A stretch of 32,863 bases of DNA from Pelomyxa schiedti (GCA_020536535.1 JAHLWZ010000988.1:1-32863), one strand, 5' to 3'. Counted from the stretch's first letter, positions 10,748-22,272 are shown. The notes: a model not told the origin generated them from the sequence alone. Program-made: numbers and translations.

Positions 10748-13132
10748 ATGTACCGGCGCAGAAACAATAACAGTCGAGTGCGAATCGACAAACCCAGTTC
10801 GTGTTCGTATTCGTCGGACTCCGCCTTAGCATCGTCGTTTTCCTCGTCGTGCTCATCTTCCTCTTCCTCGCCCTCGAGATCTGGATCCGACTTGGACCCA
10901 GAGCCCGGCTCCGAGTCCTCGTCCCACAACACCAACACGTCGCCCGAGAACAAATCGGTGTCGGCGGCGACGACCCCTCAAGAGAAACAAAAAACCGCAA
11001 CAGATTCGCCGCGCGTAACCGAAACAATTTCCGTAGCCGACACGCCGTCGCGCGCGACAGCCGAACCCGAAATCGCGACGACGACGCAGACAACAAGCAT
11101 GATACCGAAGGGTCAAGAATTCTCGCAAAGTGTAACAAAGGACTCGAACCCAAACAGCAAAAGCAACATTAACAACAGCAACAGCAACGGCAACGGCAAC
11201 AACAGCATTGGCGTAGTTGAAACGGTGATGACCAATGGTGATGGCGCCATAGACAACAGCAGTAACAGAAACGGCAGAGGGAGCAACAGTAACAGCGTAC
11301 GAGTTGGCGAGGACATCCTTCATCGCATTAGTAGTGCCGCGGTGGGGAGTGGGAAGGAAAATACCCAGCCGCTGGAGAAAATACAGTCATCGTCCTCGGC
11401 TTCGTCGTCGGCCTCGGCGTCGCCTGCACCGGGCGACGTGGGCGCAAAGGGCGGGTATTCTCGCCACCTAATCGCAAGCGTTTTGGATAAAAGGCACTGT
11501 GAGAATGGGGATGAGTACCTAGTGAAATGGGTAGAGAGGGAGCACAATCGCCCGCCGCCAAAGGAGGACTCTATTAATATTGGCGAAGCAGACCAGGCGA
11601 ATGATGTTCCCTCCTGTTGCGTAGCAGATGATTTGTGTACTTCTTGGATTTCTCAGTCCCTTTGTGGTGACTTTCTCGATCTACTGGAAACTCTTCCTTC
11701 ACCAAAGGTCAGTGGGGAGGCTATCAATTCGGCAGCACCTGTGAGCGCAGAACCCCCGGCCCAGATAGCACCTGCCGCCCAAGCACCTGGCGAGTGCCTA
11801 CCACCGCCCCAGTTATCCTCTTTAGGGCTTTCTGAATCTATCCACTCAAACTCGCAAAGTGACTCAGACTCTGTCATTTTTAAGAGGGATTCAGAGTACG
11901 AACTTGCTGGCAGTCCTGACGAGGATCGGCCGTCTCCGGTGGAAAATAAAAATGAGAGCGTGGATGATAGCAATTCCGTACCATTCTACCCAGAGTTGGG
12001 TGGCGATCCATCCTTGTGTGACGCCTCAGAAATGGAACAGTTGATGTCTTCCCACAGTCCAAATAGCAGGTCCATTTTTGTGCGGATTCGTCGGCCAAGG
12101 ATCGTCTGTGTCCTACGGAAACCTAATCCCGGCAGAACTGGCAATCTAGCTGAGCACACTCGGCCTCCTCCATCTCCAGGAACGGGGGACTCTCTGGAAC
12201 CACCTCCCTTATCCTTACCATCACCACTCATTGGTGACTCCAAAGCAGTTTCTTCACCTCCCCTTCCTTGCCTTTCCCCTCTACATACATCATCGCCATC
12301 ATTATCTCCACTTCATAAATCACATCGCCGTGATAGAGCATCACCTTCCAGTATGGCAGTAGACAAGACCAATGCATGGCCTCATCCGCATATACATAAC
12401 GTAATTCAGCAGATAGTGAAGAAGCAAAAAGAGGAAGAGGAAGAAGGCACAGGCTGTGAGGCGGATGGAGAAAATGAGTGTTTTGAGGATGAATCGGAAA
12501 GAACCAATGAGAGTGAGAGTGAGTTTGACAACTCCAAAGTGAATAGTGAAGACTCTCTTTCAAATTCCGACAAGCTTTCCCCAATTCGGCGCAGGCCATA
12601 TTCCCGCCCCAAGAGAAGGACCAGATATGGCAAAGTAACGCAGAAAATCCCACGGTACAAGCGGACAAACTACGCACCATCTCACAAAAAACCCCAACAC
12701 CTTCCTCGCAACAAATCCCAACACCAGAGAGGAAGGAGACGACCTTCGCCCACCTCCTCCCTATCCTCTCTTTCATCATCATCATCCGCATCCCCCTCGT
12801 CATCCTCCTCCTCCTCATCATCATCATCCTCGTCCTCCGACTCAGAAGCCTCACCAATAAGAAAGCGCAAGCCAGCAGCGCCGCCGGTGAACGCAAACCA
12901 GAGGAAAAAACCAAAGACAGCAGTGCCTCCAACACCGCCGCTCAGCCTCATCCCGCCAACTCCCACAGGCTGCGAGCAGCACAGTTGCCCGCTTCCGCCG
13001 CCTCTGTGCGAGACAAAGCCGCTGCCTTTGTTGCGGAAGACAAACCCACCAACGCCAAACCACGTGTGTATTCCACAGTATCAGCTCATGGCCCTTCTCA
13101 TTCAAGCAAAAACTGTTGATGATGGACATTGA
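10748..13132 (+). CDS. Large low-complexity (Ser/Pro/Asn, acidic and basic tracts) protein with an interrupted chromodomain; probably nuclear
   Basis: 794-aa ORF. HLIASVLDKRHCENGDEYLVKWVER (~11465-11540) matches the chromo pattern (I/V)LDKR...EYLVKW, followed after an insert by TSWISQSLCGDFLDLLE. Basic clusters PIRKRKP and QRKKPK. The 3' end may be spliced. Confidence 0.72.
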   Translation: MYRRRNNNSRVRIDKPSSCSYSSDSALASSFSSSCSSSSSSPSRSGSDLDPEPGSESSSHNTNTSPENKSVSAATTPQEKQKTATDSPRVTETISVADTPSRATAEPEIATTTQTTSMIPKGQEFSQSVTKDSNPNSKSNINNSNSNGNGNNSIGVVETVMTNGDGAIDNSSNRNGRGSNSNSVRVGEDILHRISSAAVGSGKENTQPLEKIQSSSSASSSASASPAPGDVGAKGGYSRHLIASVLDKRHCENGDEYLVKWVEREHNRPPPKEDSINIGEADQANDVPSCCVADDLCTSWISQSLCGDFLDLLETLPSPKVSGEAINSAAPVSAEPPAQIAPAAQAPGECLPPPQLSSLGLSESIHSNSQSDSDSVIFKRDSEYELAGSPDEDRPSPVENKNESVDDSNSVPFYPELGGDPSLCDASEMEQLMSSHSPNSRSIFVRIRRPRIVCVLRKPNPGRTGNLAEHTRPPPSPGTGDSLEPPPLSLPSPLIGDSKAVSSPPLPCLSPLHTSSPSLSPLHKSHRRDRASPSSMAVDKTNAWPHPHIHNVIQQIVKKQKEEEEEGTGCEADGENECFEDESERTNESESEFDNSKVNSEDSLSNSDKLSPIRRRPYSRPKRRTRYGKVTQKIPRYKRTNYAPSHKKPQHLPRNKSQHQRGRRRPSPTSSLSSLSSSSSASPSSSSSSSSSSSSSSDSEASPIRKRKPAAPPVNANQRKKPKTAVPPTPPLSLIPPTPTGCEQHSCPLPPPLCETKPLPLLRKTNPPTPNHVCIPQYQLMALLIQAKTVDDGH
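11211..11306 (+). repeat. Dispersed direct repeat, copy 1 (inside the chromodomain gene)
   Basis: Aligns to 25969-26058 with 80/90 identical positions plus one 6-bp indel. Confidence 0.9.
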
Positions 13133-13413
13133 CAGCCACCGCACACAACTTAACAACACATACACCCCCCAACTCTTGTTTTTTTTTATGTTGTTTGTTG
13201 TAACCACACCCTTCATTCAACCGTTTTACATTACAATCTTGTATTTTTTTGAGATTGTGGCACCTGCCAACTCTCTAATCTGGCCAGATTCCCTTTATTT
13301 CCCCTTATTCTTTCATTCTCTGGTTTCGTGAAGGTCCTCGTTCCAACACAAAACCCCTGGCCTGACGTCAAAAACAAGAAAAATCATTTTTTTTGAGAAA
13401 ACAACGAGCCAGA

Positions 13414-15647
13414 ATGGGGGACCCAATCGTCGAAGTGACAGTACCGTCGCCGGCTAGTACCGCAACATCGCAGGCAGAAACGACGCAGAAGCAAGATCCA
13501 ATCAACATGGCGGCTACGGTGACTGGTCTTATACACGTGTCCGGACGAGTGTTCAACGGGCCCAAGAAGGCCGCTGACGTGCTAGAAGAGCTGGGCGCTC
13601 TGGGTACCTTGTTGAAGCCAGACACGAAGGTGGAGTACATGGGCGACGACATAGTGCCGCCCGGTGCATACGAGTACAGGCCACGTGTTATAGCTCGTGT
13701 GTTTGTTTGTTTACTTTTTTTCCCCTTTTTTTCTTCCCCCCTCCCAGTTTTCATTTTTATTTTGTGTGGATCAAGGGATTCCTGGGTTTTATTAATTTAG
13801 TTGGAAAGAACCTGCTGTTCCCTTACCAGCATCACCACTCGTTTCTGGACTTACTTCTGGAAGTTTGAAGCGAGGGACTTTCATCTCTACATTACTTCCT
13901 ACAACAGCTGGACCTGATGGTGACATCTCATGGTGCAATATTATCATCTCAACTGTCTTTTCAGATTACGTTTTGTGCCCTGTCATTCACGAGGTTCGCG
14001 ATAGAGTATATCGCAAGAGCTTTGCTTTTGAGGATCTGGGGTCAAGTGCTGCTACTACTGTTATTCTCAAAGGTATTGACGAACCAAGTGCATGTTTTGA
14101 AAACTTATTTGTTTACTAGATCTGGCAAGGATACCGGATTCCACTGACGTTCCCGCGGCGCAACTCGCTTCGAAGATAATCAATTACCATTTAGAGCATT
14201 TCCAGGAATACGATGACTTTGATTATGACAGTGATGACCCCTCCCACGAGTTAGTTTTTTTCAACTTCCATGTGCATTCATAACCAAAAAACTGAGTTGC
14301 TTAATGCTTCTAGGTGGATGGCAGACAGGCCAGCTGTTTCTGACCTGATCCAACTTGTAGATTACGGCATCAACGTATTGAAGAAAGAACCAGCCCTTCT
14401 AAAGCACAGGTCTCCAGTTACTGTGCTGGGAGACCTTCACGGAAACTTTAAGGTACTGAACTTCCCCTTCTTGACTGTGTGACACATTTAAAAGGATTTA
14501 ATGCACTTCGTGCAAACATTTGGCATTCTTCAACTCGAAATTGCAACAACAAAGATACAGTTTTTAGGGGACTATGGTGTGTATGAAACTTCCATTACTG
14601 TAGTACAAACGCATTTGTAGTGGATAGAGGGCCACATGGTGTTGAAACGATTTCGTTCATTGTTGCCTTGAAAGTTCGGTATCCGGACAAAGTGTGCCAT
14701 ATCTACGCAAACCATAATGCCTGATATTCTAAGGTGTTCCTTCTGAGAGGCAATCATGAAACCACTGAAGTGAATTACGATTTCCCTCATTATGGCGAAG
14801 GCTGTTTCCTGGCACAATGTGTAATGGCTTATGGACAAGAAGGTTTCTTTTTTAAATTAAACGTAAATCTTAACCTCCTTTCGTCTGCAGCTGGTGCACA
14901 ACTTGCAGTCAAGTTCAACACATTCTTTGATCACCTTCCACTTGCCGCTGTTATTGACAATAAAGTCTTCTGTGTGCACGGGGGACTTCCAAGAGCTATG
15001 GGTGCCACACCTGATTTCAATTTGCTTTCCCGGATTGAAGCGGTTCATTTCCTTTCGCTTAAACCTCCTCTTAAGACACCAAAAGATGGAGAGACCCCCA
15101 AAGGGACCAAATGATGCCTTCTTCTTCGATCTTCTATGGGCAGATCCAGCAACAGAAGATGATGAGCGTAGGGTCATAGGTTACACATCCAATTTCAAAA
15201 ATTGAAACTGATGGCAACACAAAATGGAACAGGGAAAGACCCCAAATTTCCACCTGGTTTTGGACCAAATCAGTTACGTGGCGGGGATACATGCATCTTT
15301 GGAAAGAGGGCTGTAAACCAGTTCTATGAACAAAGTGGGTGCACACACATTATTAGGGCCCACCAGTTCCCCAAGGTAGCAAACTCCTTCCCAAACCAGT
15401 GTCGCACTAACCCCTGTTACAGCTCGGCATCCAACTGTCCAAAGGTGCCACCACACTTACAGTATTTTCTTCCTCCCACTACGACAACAACCTTGCTGCT
15501 GCTGTACTTGTCTATGACCACAAGCTGTCTTTTATTATCATTGATGGAGCACAGTACCAGCCTTCCCACGTCACTCAGCACGCTGTACCACCCAAGGCAA
15601 CCACATCCAGCACACCATCCCTTCCCTCTGATTCTAACAAGTCCTAA
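13414..15647 (+). CDS. PPP-family Ser/Thr protein phosphatase with long N-terminal extension; multi-exon
   Basis: Spliced motifs VLGDLHG, FLGDYVDRG, LLRGNHE, CVHGG, DLLWADP, IIRAHQ, TVFSSSHY. ATG 13414, TAA 15645-15647. Confidence 0.92.
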
Positions 15648-15738
15648 TTCCCATTCTCCAAAAAAGCATTCTATGTCTTTTCTCTTAGTAGTTACTATCA
15701 ACAACATAAAGTTCTTTCTGTTCTTTTATTGTTTGTGG

Positions 15739-17717
15739 TCACACGTCATAGTCAAGTGACTCGGAGTAGAACCAACCAGAGCCTTGTTGAGGAAGCACTT
15801 GGCATTTCATTACATAGGCTGATGAAGGAACTTGTATGGAACCGTTCAGGATTGCAACATGAGGAACTGGTGGATTTAGGGTCAGCATTTGTTCGGCTTG
15901 GTTGATTCCTGTGGTTGTTGAATCCTTAATCACATCAGAGAGGTCTATGGTCGATTCCGGAGATGAGGGATACTGAGCGGTGTTGAATACTCCTACGAGT
16001 CCAGGTTTGTTCTCCCCAAAGTACCAGGCGGCTACTACAACTGGGGCATACTTCTTCACGTAGAACTTGACTGTGCCGGAACTGGAAATAGACTCACTGG
16101 GGAGTGACGAGTATCCAATGAGGGCCTTGACTCGAGCCAGGGATTGAAGGAAATTCTCAAGGGAATTTGATGAACTCCACTCCACGGGGTCATTGTCAAA
16201 TAAAGAGGGTCTAAGTGGAGGATCATTTTGCCGCCTTTTTTCACAAGGATGAACGAACCTTTTCTTTTCCTGTGCTTCTTGACCCCCGTAAATCATAAAA
16301 GCACCCGGCAAGAAGCATACAAGTGAGGTCCACGCTTCGTTTGCAGCTTGGGACGAGACAAGCGAGGCAATTCTGGGTTTGTCATGGTTTTCAACGTACC
16401 TCAGTTTGTGTGCGCCAGGCGGAAGATAAAGGCTCTGCATTCTAAGTCGTTCCTACAACCATTTAGCCAGTTTCAAGAGAAATTGGTACGTGCCAGATAC
16501 ACTTTGATCGGCATCCTTCCTTGAATGGCCTTGACCATAACATCATAGATATCGTAATCATAGAGCAAATCAAAGGCCCCTCCCTAAATATGTGAGAGAA
16601 GAAAAACCCAGCGGCGCCAGGTACGGAATCTGCAAGCATTTGGCAGTCACATGGATACGGAACCTGCTTAATTCTGTTGTTCTCAACCCAAACCAGCTCC
16701 GAAGTTTCTGCAATCCACAACTGCATGGAGCAAATACTCAGAAAATTGATGAGAGATAGAGTGTACCAAGTCGTTTCCCAGTCTTTCCCTTGCCATCCTC
16801 CAAAACCACAAAGGTACAGCACCAGCAACATCGCACCTGAATCCGTTCACTCCAGCATCGACCCACATCTATATCTCAAGGTCAATTTTCCTCGAGTGAG
16901 TATTCTAAAGTAACAACCTGAAGGCCTTCAATAAGATACTCAGCAAGGGGTAATCCACCAGCATTATAGTCAAAAGAAACCACGTCAGTCCAATCATCAA
17001 CAACAGGAATTGGCTTCCCCTCTGAATTCCTGACAAACCACTCAGGGTGCTCTCTTGCCAATACAGAATCAGGTGAAGTGTGTGCAAATACAACGTCGAT
17101 AATAACCTTATGTATTTTACAGTTAGTAACTACTAAGGAGAGAAAATAACCATCAACACAGCTAGTCAACAAACAAGTTAAAAATGAGAAAATAAAATGA
17201 ATAGGAAAAACAATAAAAACAGAAATCATACCAATAGCTTGTTAGCGTGTGCAGTGGTCACAAGACGGCGAAATTGTGGCATCCCATAATCCGAGGCGTG
17301 GACCGCCGGCGGGTCACCACTAGTACGCCCGGTGCCATCAAAATCACCGCCGTTCTTTCCCCCAATCAGTGCAGGGTCCACTGCCCTGTAGTCCCTTATA
17401 GCGTACGGCGACCCCATTGCACCCTTCCGCCCCACCACACCAGGGGGATTATGGGGCAGCAAATACAGTATCCCAACCCCATTCCCAACCCCGCCCTCTT
17501 CCTCGTCGGAATGTCCCAATCTCCCCTCCTCTTCGTCGGCGCGTGCAGGAGACCCACGGCGTGATTGTGGGATGTTACCGAGAATAAGTCGCGCAATGCG
17601 GGGAATGTCCTCGGTGACGGCGTCAAGTGTGCCATTATGGGAGTGGTTGCGGACGTAGACTTGGTAGACCATGAGCCCGCCCAGACCTACGTTGGCACAG
17701 CACGTCGCGGTCTCCAT
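15739..17717 (-). CDS. GH13 alpha-amylase-family glycosidase of bacterial (AmyA arch/bac-like) type, intron-containing
   Basis: VYQVYVRNHS, GSPYAIRDYRAVDP, IDVVFAHTSPDS, EHPEWF, GFRCDVA (nucleophile), WIAET (acid/base), YDYDIY, YVENHD (third catalytic Asp). Exon 1 17717-17232, exon 2 17106-16918, exon 3 from 16868; TGA at 15739-15741. Confidence 0.93.
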
Positions 17718-17908
17718 CAGAAGTACAGCACTTAAAGTTCTTAAAACTTTTTGAAGTTGCTCCCAGATCTCCAGGGTTTAGGAGAACATTGTGAAAATTC
17801 TAAAAATTGGCATAACCACAGATGCAACTGCGAAAAAAAAAGTATCAACAACAATGCCTCTCTCATACACATAGAGTTAGGAATTGTGACCACCAGGAGG
17901 AGAGAGAG

Positions 17909-20900
17909 TTAAGGGTGCGGGAGAGGCCTCTGGAGTTGATGTTGGTGTGGTGCTTGGTGTTGGGTCATAGGCCGGGAAATCCTGGAAAGAATGGTGAGTT
18001 CCGGATGCGGGAGAATTCGGGAATCAACCTCATAACCTTCAGGTTTGCCATCCCTTTTTTCAGGATTTATAAACTCCCGGAGAACATCAACCTGGCTATA
18101 ATTAAGCACGGAAACAGAGAATGAGTACCAATACCTTGGAACATAGAGATACTTGTGGTTGCCCGTTTACCAGTTTCACTTGTAGAATAGAGCGTACATG
18201 TGGTTTTTCATACAGGAATTCAATGATTGAACGCTTGTTACCAACACAATCTGTTTCCTCTATCAGAGAGTGGTGAATCTCTTTCTGTTTAAATTTATTA
18301 TTGTGAATGTCTTATGTAGATATGCCTTGTATATGTAGGCAGCTGCAAATTTAGCGGGGAATCTGTCACTCAGTCTTATTACAGCAACACCTTCTTCTTG
18401 ACTTCGAAGTAGGGTCTCGGAGTCTTCTTTGGTGATGAAACCATAAATAAACCTAGTGAGAATGAACATTAATCGGGGGGCGGGAAAGGACAGGGTACCC
18501 TTTGACCCAAAGAGTGCACAGATTTTTTTGGTGCCTAATCTTCTCCAAACCAGCTCCAAACCAGTCCCAAAACTTTTCAAAGATTGGAATAGTTATGGCA
18601 CCCTCTCGCCCAAGCTTGACGTTCCTCAAGTACTCAAGATCCTGGATGGATAGAGGTCGCGTTGGTCTCTCTTGGCTTTGCCTTGTAGCCACCAGATAGT
18701 ACGTTTGAAGAAGATTCGCAAATTTGGACCACGGTACTTCATTCAGATCACCAAAAAGATCCATTTTCATCAAGATTCCTTCAGAGTCGCGCCACTGCAC
18801 AGAGTTGGTGATAATCACAAAGGGGCGGGAGGGGTCACTCTCAATAACTCGTGATTGCAGAGGCTACATGCCGTTAAATAAGCGGAACAATTTTTGATTC
18901 ATTATGGTACCATAGAAGGGGAAGAGAGACACTTAAGGGGATTGTATTTGATATGGACATTCAACTTCAGGCAAACTGGTTTCTTATTTGTACCATGTGC
19001 AACTCGAAGATGGAAGAAAACCTAAGCCACTAAGGCAAAAGAAATTATCAATGAGCACTACCTTGCCATCTGGATCCAAAGATTCAGATGTATTTTCCAG
19101 AAACGGGCCTGTTTGCTTGGCACCCTTCTTTCCTGAAATACGCTGTTCCATGTCGACTTTCACGTTGCTCACAGAACTGAAGAAAGTGGTGATTCCTTGG
19201 TAAAGAGGAAGTCAATTACCGGACATCAATACGTGACGGAAGGAGAAGCTGTGCTTCAAGGGGGATAACCTGCCCTTTTACTACAGAACGCGGGAAAGGG
19301 TGTTCCGTTATAAGAAGCATTGCTGGTCTATGCAGAGGTAAGTAAAATCTATGATATAATTACCACACAAGGGTTCAGCATCAGGATGGAAAAAATGTTG
19401 TAGCTCAGCTTGGTAGAGATATAACTGCTTTCGGAACTTGTGCAGTTGCTAAGGGGAAATTATTGATTGTGTTTCAAACTGATTGAGTACCAGCTGAAGA
19501 CGTTTACGGTGGTAAATTTCGGAGGGTAACATAACTGCATCATTTTGAAGCTTACCCAGCATAGTGTTCTCCACAGACATTTGGTCAGCTAAATTTTTAT
19601 GACCCAGAGCAAGAGGTTCTAGTGCCTGAGGGGCTTTGTGCTCAAGATATAATAGTTTAGGGCATACATTGATCGTTTCTGGGGTTGCTGTATCGAGTAA
19701 CCTCTTTTGATTTTGACGAAGTTGCTCAAGAGTAAGCATAAAAAGCCTTACTTTCCCTGCACTGATATTTAATATCTAATCAAAATCAAATGATTATTTC
19801 CAAAGCCAAAACACTGGCGACCATACTTCTTGTATGGGATTGGCCGGCGGTTGAAACAGAAGCGTAGTCCCACCAGAGGATACATCACTTTGCCTTTCAA
19901 TACTGGGTTCTTCATTTTTCAACGTTGGCTTCTCTGCAGCACTTGCAGAGTATAAACCTGGGGCACTAAAACTGTTACCTTATTTCAGAAAGGTAGAGAC
20001 ACACCTGGCCGAAGATTCCCCCCGAGGACTAGCGCGCCTAGTTGACTTAAAATTTTGTTCAGGCTGGGCATTTGGAGGAGTGGTCGTTTGTTGCGAAGTG
20101 ATGTTAGTTGCTTGTGAAATTTGGTGTGGAACTGCATGCTGTTGCTGTGTATTAGCAGACGTTTGGCAGTTTGTTGCCTGAGATTGCAGTTGTAATAAAG
20201 CCATAATTAAGGCCTGTGCTTGTTGACTACTGCCGAACTGGGGAGTAAATTGTTGGGAAGATGCGTTGTGCTGTGGTGGTTGCGGAGGTGGTGCCTGCCG
20301 ATTCTGCTGCAGCCCTGCGTGAACAGAGCTTTGAGTAGTTGTCAATGAATGGGAGTTTTGTGACATTGCTCTGAGATGGGATTAAGTACGAAGCTTCAGT
20401 ATGAGTTACACATCAATGGAGGAAGAAAATACCCCAACAGCAGCCTTCTAGTGGTTTGGTCCATTGGAAGCTGATCGATTTCACTCACCGTATCATCTCC
20501 CCTTGTTGGGGTGGTGGTATTGGAGACTGAAGATGAAGTAGAATTAGAGGCAGATGTATCTCTTCTCTGAATACCAAGAGTGGAAAATACAGGCCCTTGG
20601 CTACCCTGTAACACTGAGTGAGACTTATTCTGACCCAGTTCTGTCTGCCATCCCATTCTTGTATTCTGCTCCTGCAACAACATTTGTTCTGCTAACACTT
20701 GCGGTTTATGCTGAATCTGATTCTGCTGCTGATGTAATAGCAACTGCAGCAATTGCAACTTTTGGGCTTGTTGCTCCTGCTCCTGGTCCTGTTGCAACAA
20801 CATCGACTGGATCTGCTGCAAATAACCACTTGTGGGAGCAGCCGTCGTGCTGTTGGGCGACGCCGTCGTCACCGCCATTGGGGGACCCACAGCACCCCCT

Positions 20901-21298
20901 CGTGAATTCTGTTGCTGCTGCTGCAATTGCTGTTGTGACGTGGAACAACCTGAAGATGATGAATTCGATACACTATTAACACGTGATTGTTGCTGGAGTT
21001 GTTGCTGTTGCTGTTGGAGAATGAGCTGATGTAGGTGGTGGGAAATTGTGGGAGAGAAAGTGGCGTCGCCGTTGAGGGTGCCGTCTGCAACCTGGAGACT
21101 TTGGGGCTGACGCGGGATCTGTTGGTGGAGGCCCACCAAAAGGGACTGAGGGGGTGCATTAACAGGCGCGGCCATAGACGAGGGAGTCGATGGGCACGTT
21201 GCAACACAACGTCTCTTGCCAAGGGGCGGCTGTGCTGTGCCGGTGTTGCTGATGTCGCTGCTGCCGTTGTAGGCGTTGAAGCCGTCGTTGAAGCTCAT
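17909..21298 (-). CDS. STAT: STAT transcription factor (Dictyostelium/amoebozoan type) with Gln-rich N-terminus, coiled coil, DNA-binding, linker and SH2 domains
   Basis: RPFVIITNSVQWRDSEGILMKMDLF, VPWSKFANLLQTYYLVATRQ, FEKFWDWFG, IYGFITKE, VIRLSDRFPAKFAAAY (SH2 Arg) and C-terminal KPEGYEV phosphotyrosine site. ATG 21298, stop at 17909-17911. Confidence 0.93.
20690..21030 (-). repeat. CAG/CAA-rich low-complexity tracts encoding poly-Gln in the STAT N-terminus
   Basis: QQQQQQLQQQ, QQQLQQQQQN and QQDQEQEQQAQ runs in ORF 20396-21298. Confidence 0.85.
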
Positions 21299-22272
21299 TG
21301 TGGGTATTATGGGCGAGCGAGGTATGCGAAGCCTGTTTTTTTACCGTCGTTATTCCGTTTTGTTTTCGCTTCCAGTTTTTCTTTTGGTTTTCGGTGCCTT
21401 TGTATCACTGCAAGGAAAAAATGAGTGACGAAGCCCAAATGGGAGAAAAAAACCAGACGGGGCGATGACAACGTTCTGGTATGTTGATTATTTTTTTAAT
21501 CAGACAAATAGGACGTGTGTTTCTTTTGTCTCAGCCAAAAATTTGGCTTGCATAGGCCGTTAAATGAGGAAGTGGAAGAATCGAAAAAGCAGCAGGTGTT
21601 CCGCTTGGTATCTGTGATAGAGTGAGATGGTGTTGTTTTGAGGTGTTGATTGTGTTCAGAACTGATACTATCTGGGATGGACTGATACATATTTGAGAAC
21701 TGTAGTTTGGAACATGAGACCTTAAAACAGACAATACCTATAGTGTAAACATGACCATTCTGGTGGTGGCATAAGTGGGATCAAGGTTGTATAGCAGAAA
21801 TGTGTATAAGTACGGTTAAATTAGCTGCATCCTAAAAACAGTGAATGCCTGCCATCATGCACAAGTTTCGTAAAGTAGCTTATACAAGAAATATTGTTTT
21901 GACAAGTGAGTTAAAGGTCCAGTGTTAAAAACTAACTGGCACTGTAGTGGCGCTATATATTTCCCAAGCTGCGAGTATAAAGAAATACATTCACCAACAA
22001 AGGAATACGAAAAAGCAGAGTGCCTCGAACAAGGGTAATAATGGGAGGGACCTCTATGGATGTAAGCAATATAAGACCAAGCATCGGATTAATCAAAATG
22101 CAGGGAAAATAATGTATTTTGCCAAAATAGATAAAAAATGAAACGGTGCACATCGCCCGCATCAACACCCAAGTCGATATAATCATGACCCCCGATGTAC
22201 GTGATTTCAGCGAAAACTAACTAGGTTTTTTTTGATAATTGTGTAATATTACCTTTGAATCGGCATCAACCC

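Noticed and set aside
10748-13132. Chromovirus (LTR retrotransposon) origin of the chromodomain
   Set aside because: No integrase, reverse transcriptase, RNase H, GPY/F motif or LTRs are visible.
5795-21298. TKL kinase, PPP phosphatase and STAT as a co-regulated signalling cluster
   Set aside because: TKL kinases do phosphorylate Dictyostelium STATs, but these families are large, the genes lie on mixed strands with unrelated genes between them, and nothing in the sequence links them. Conserved synteny would be needed.
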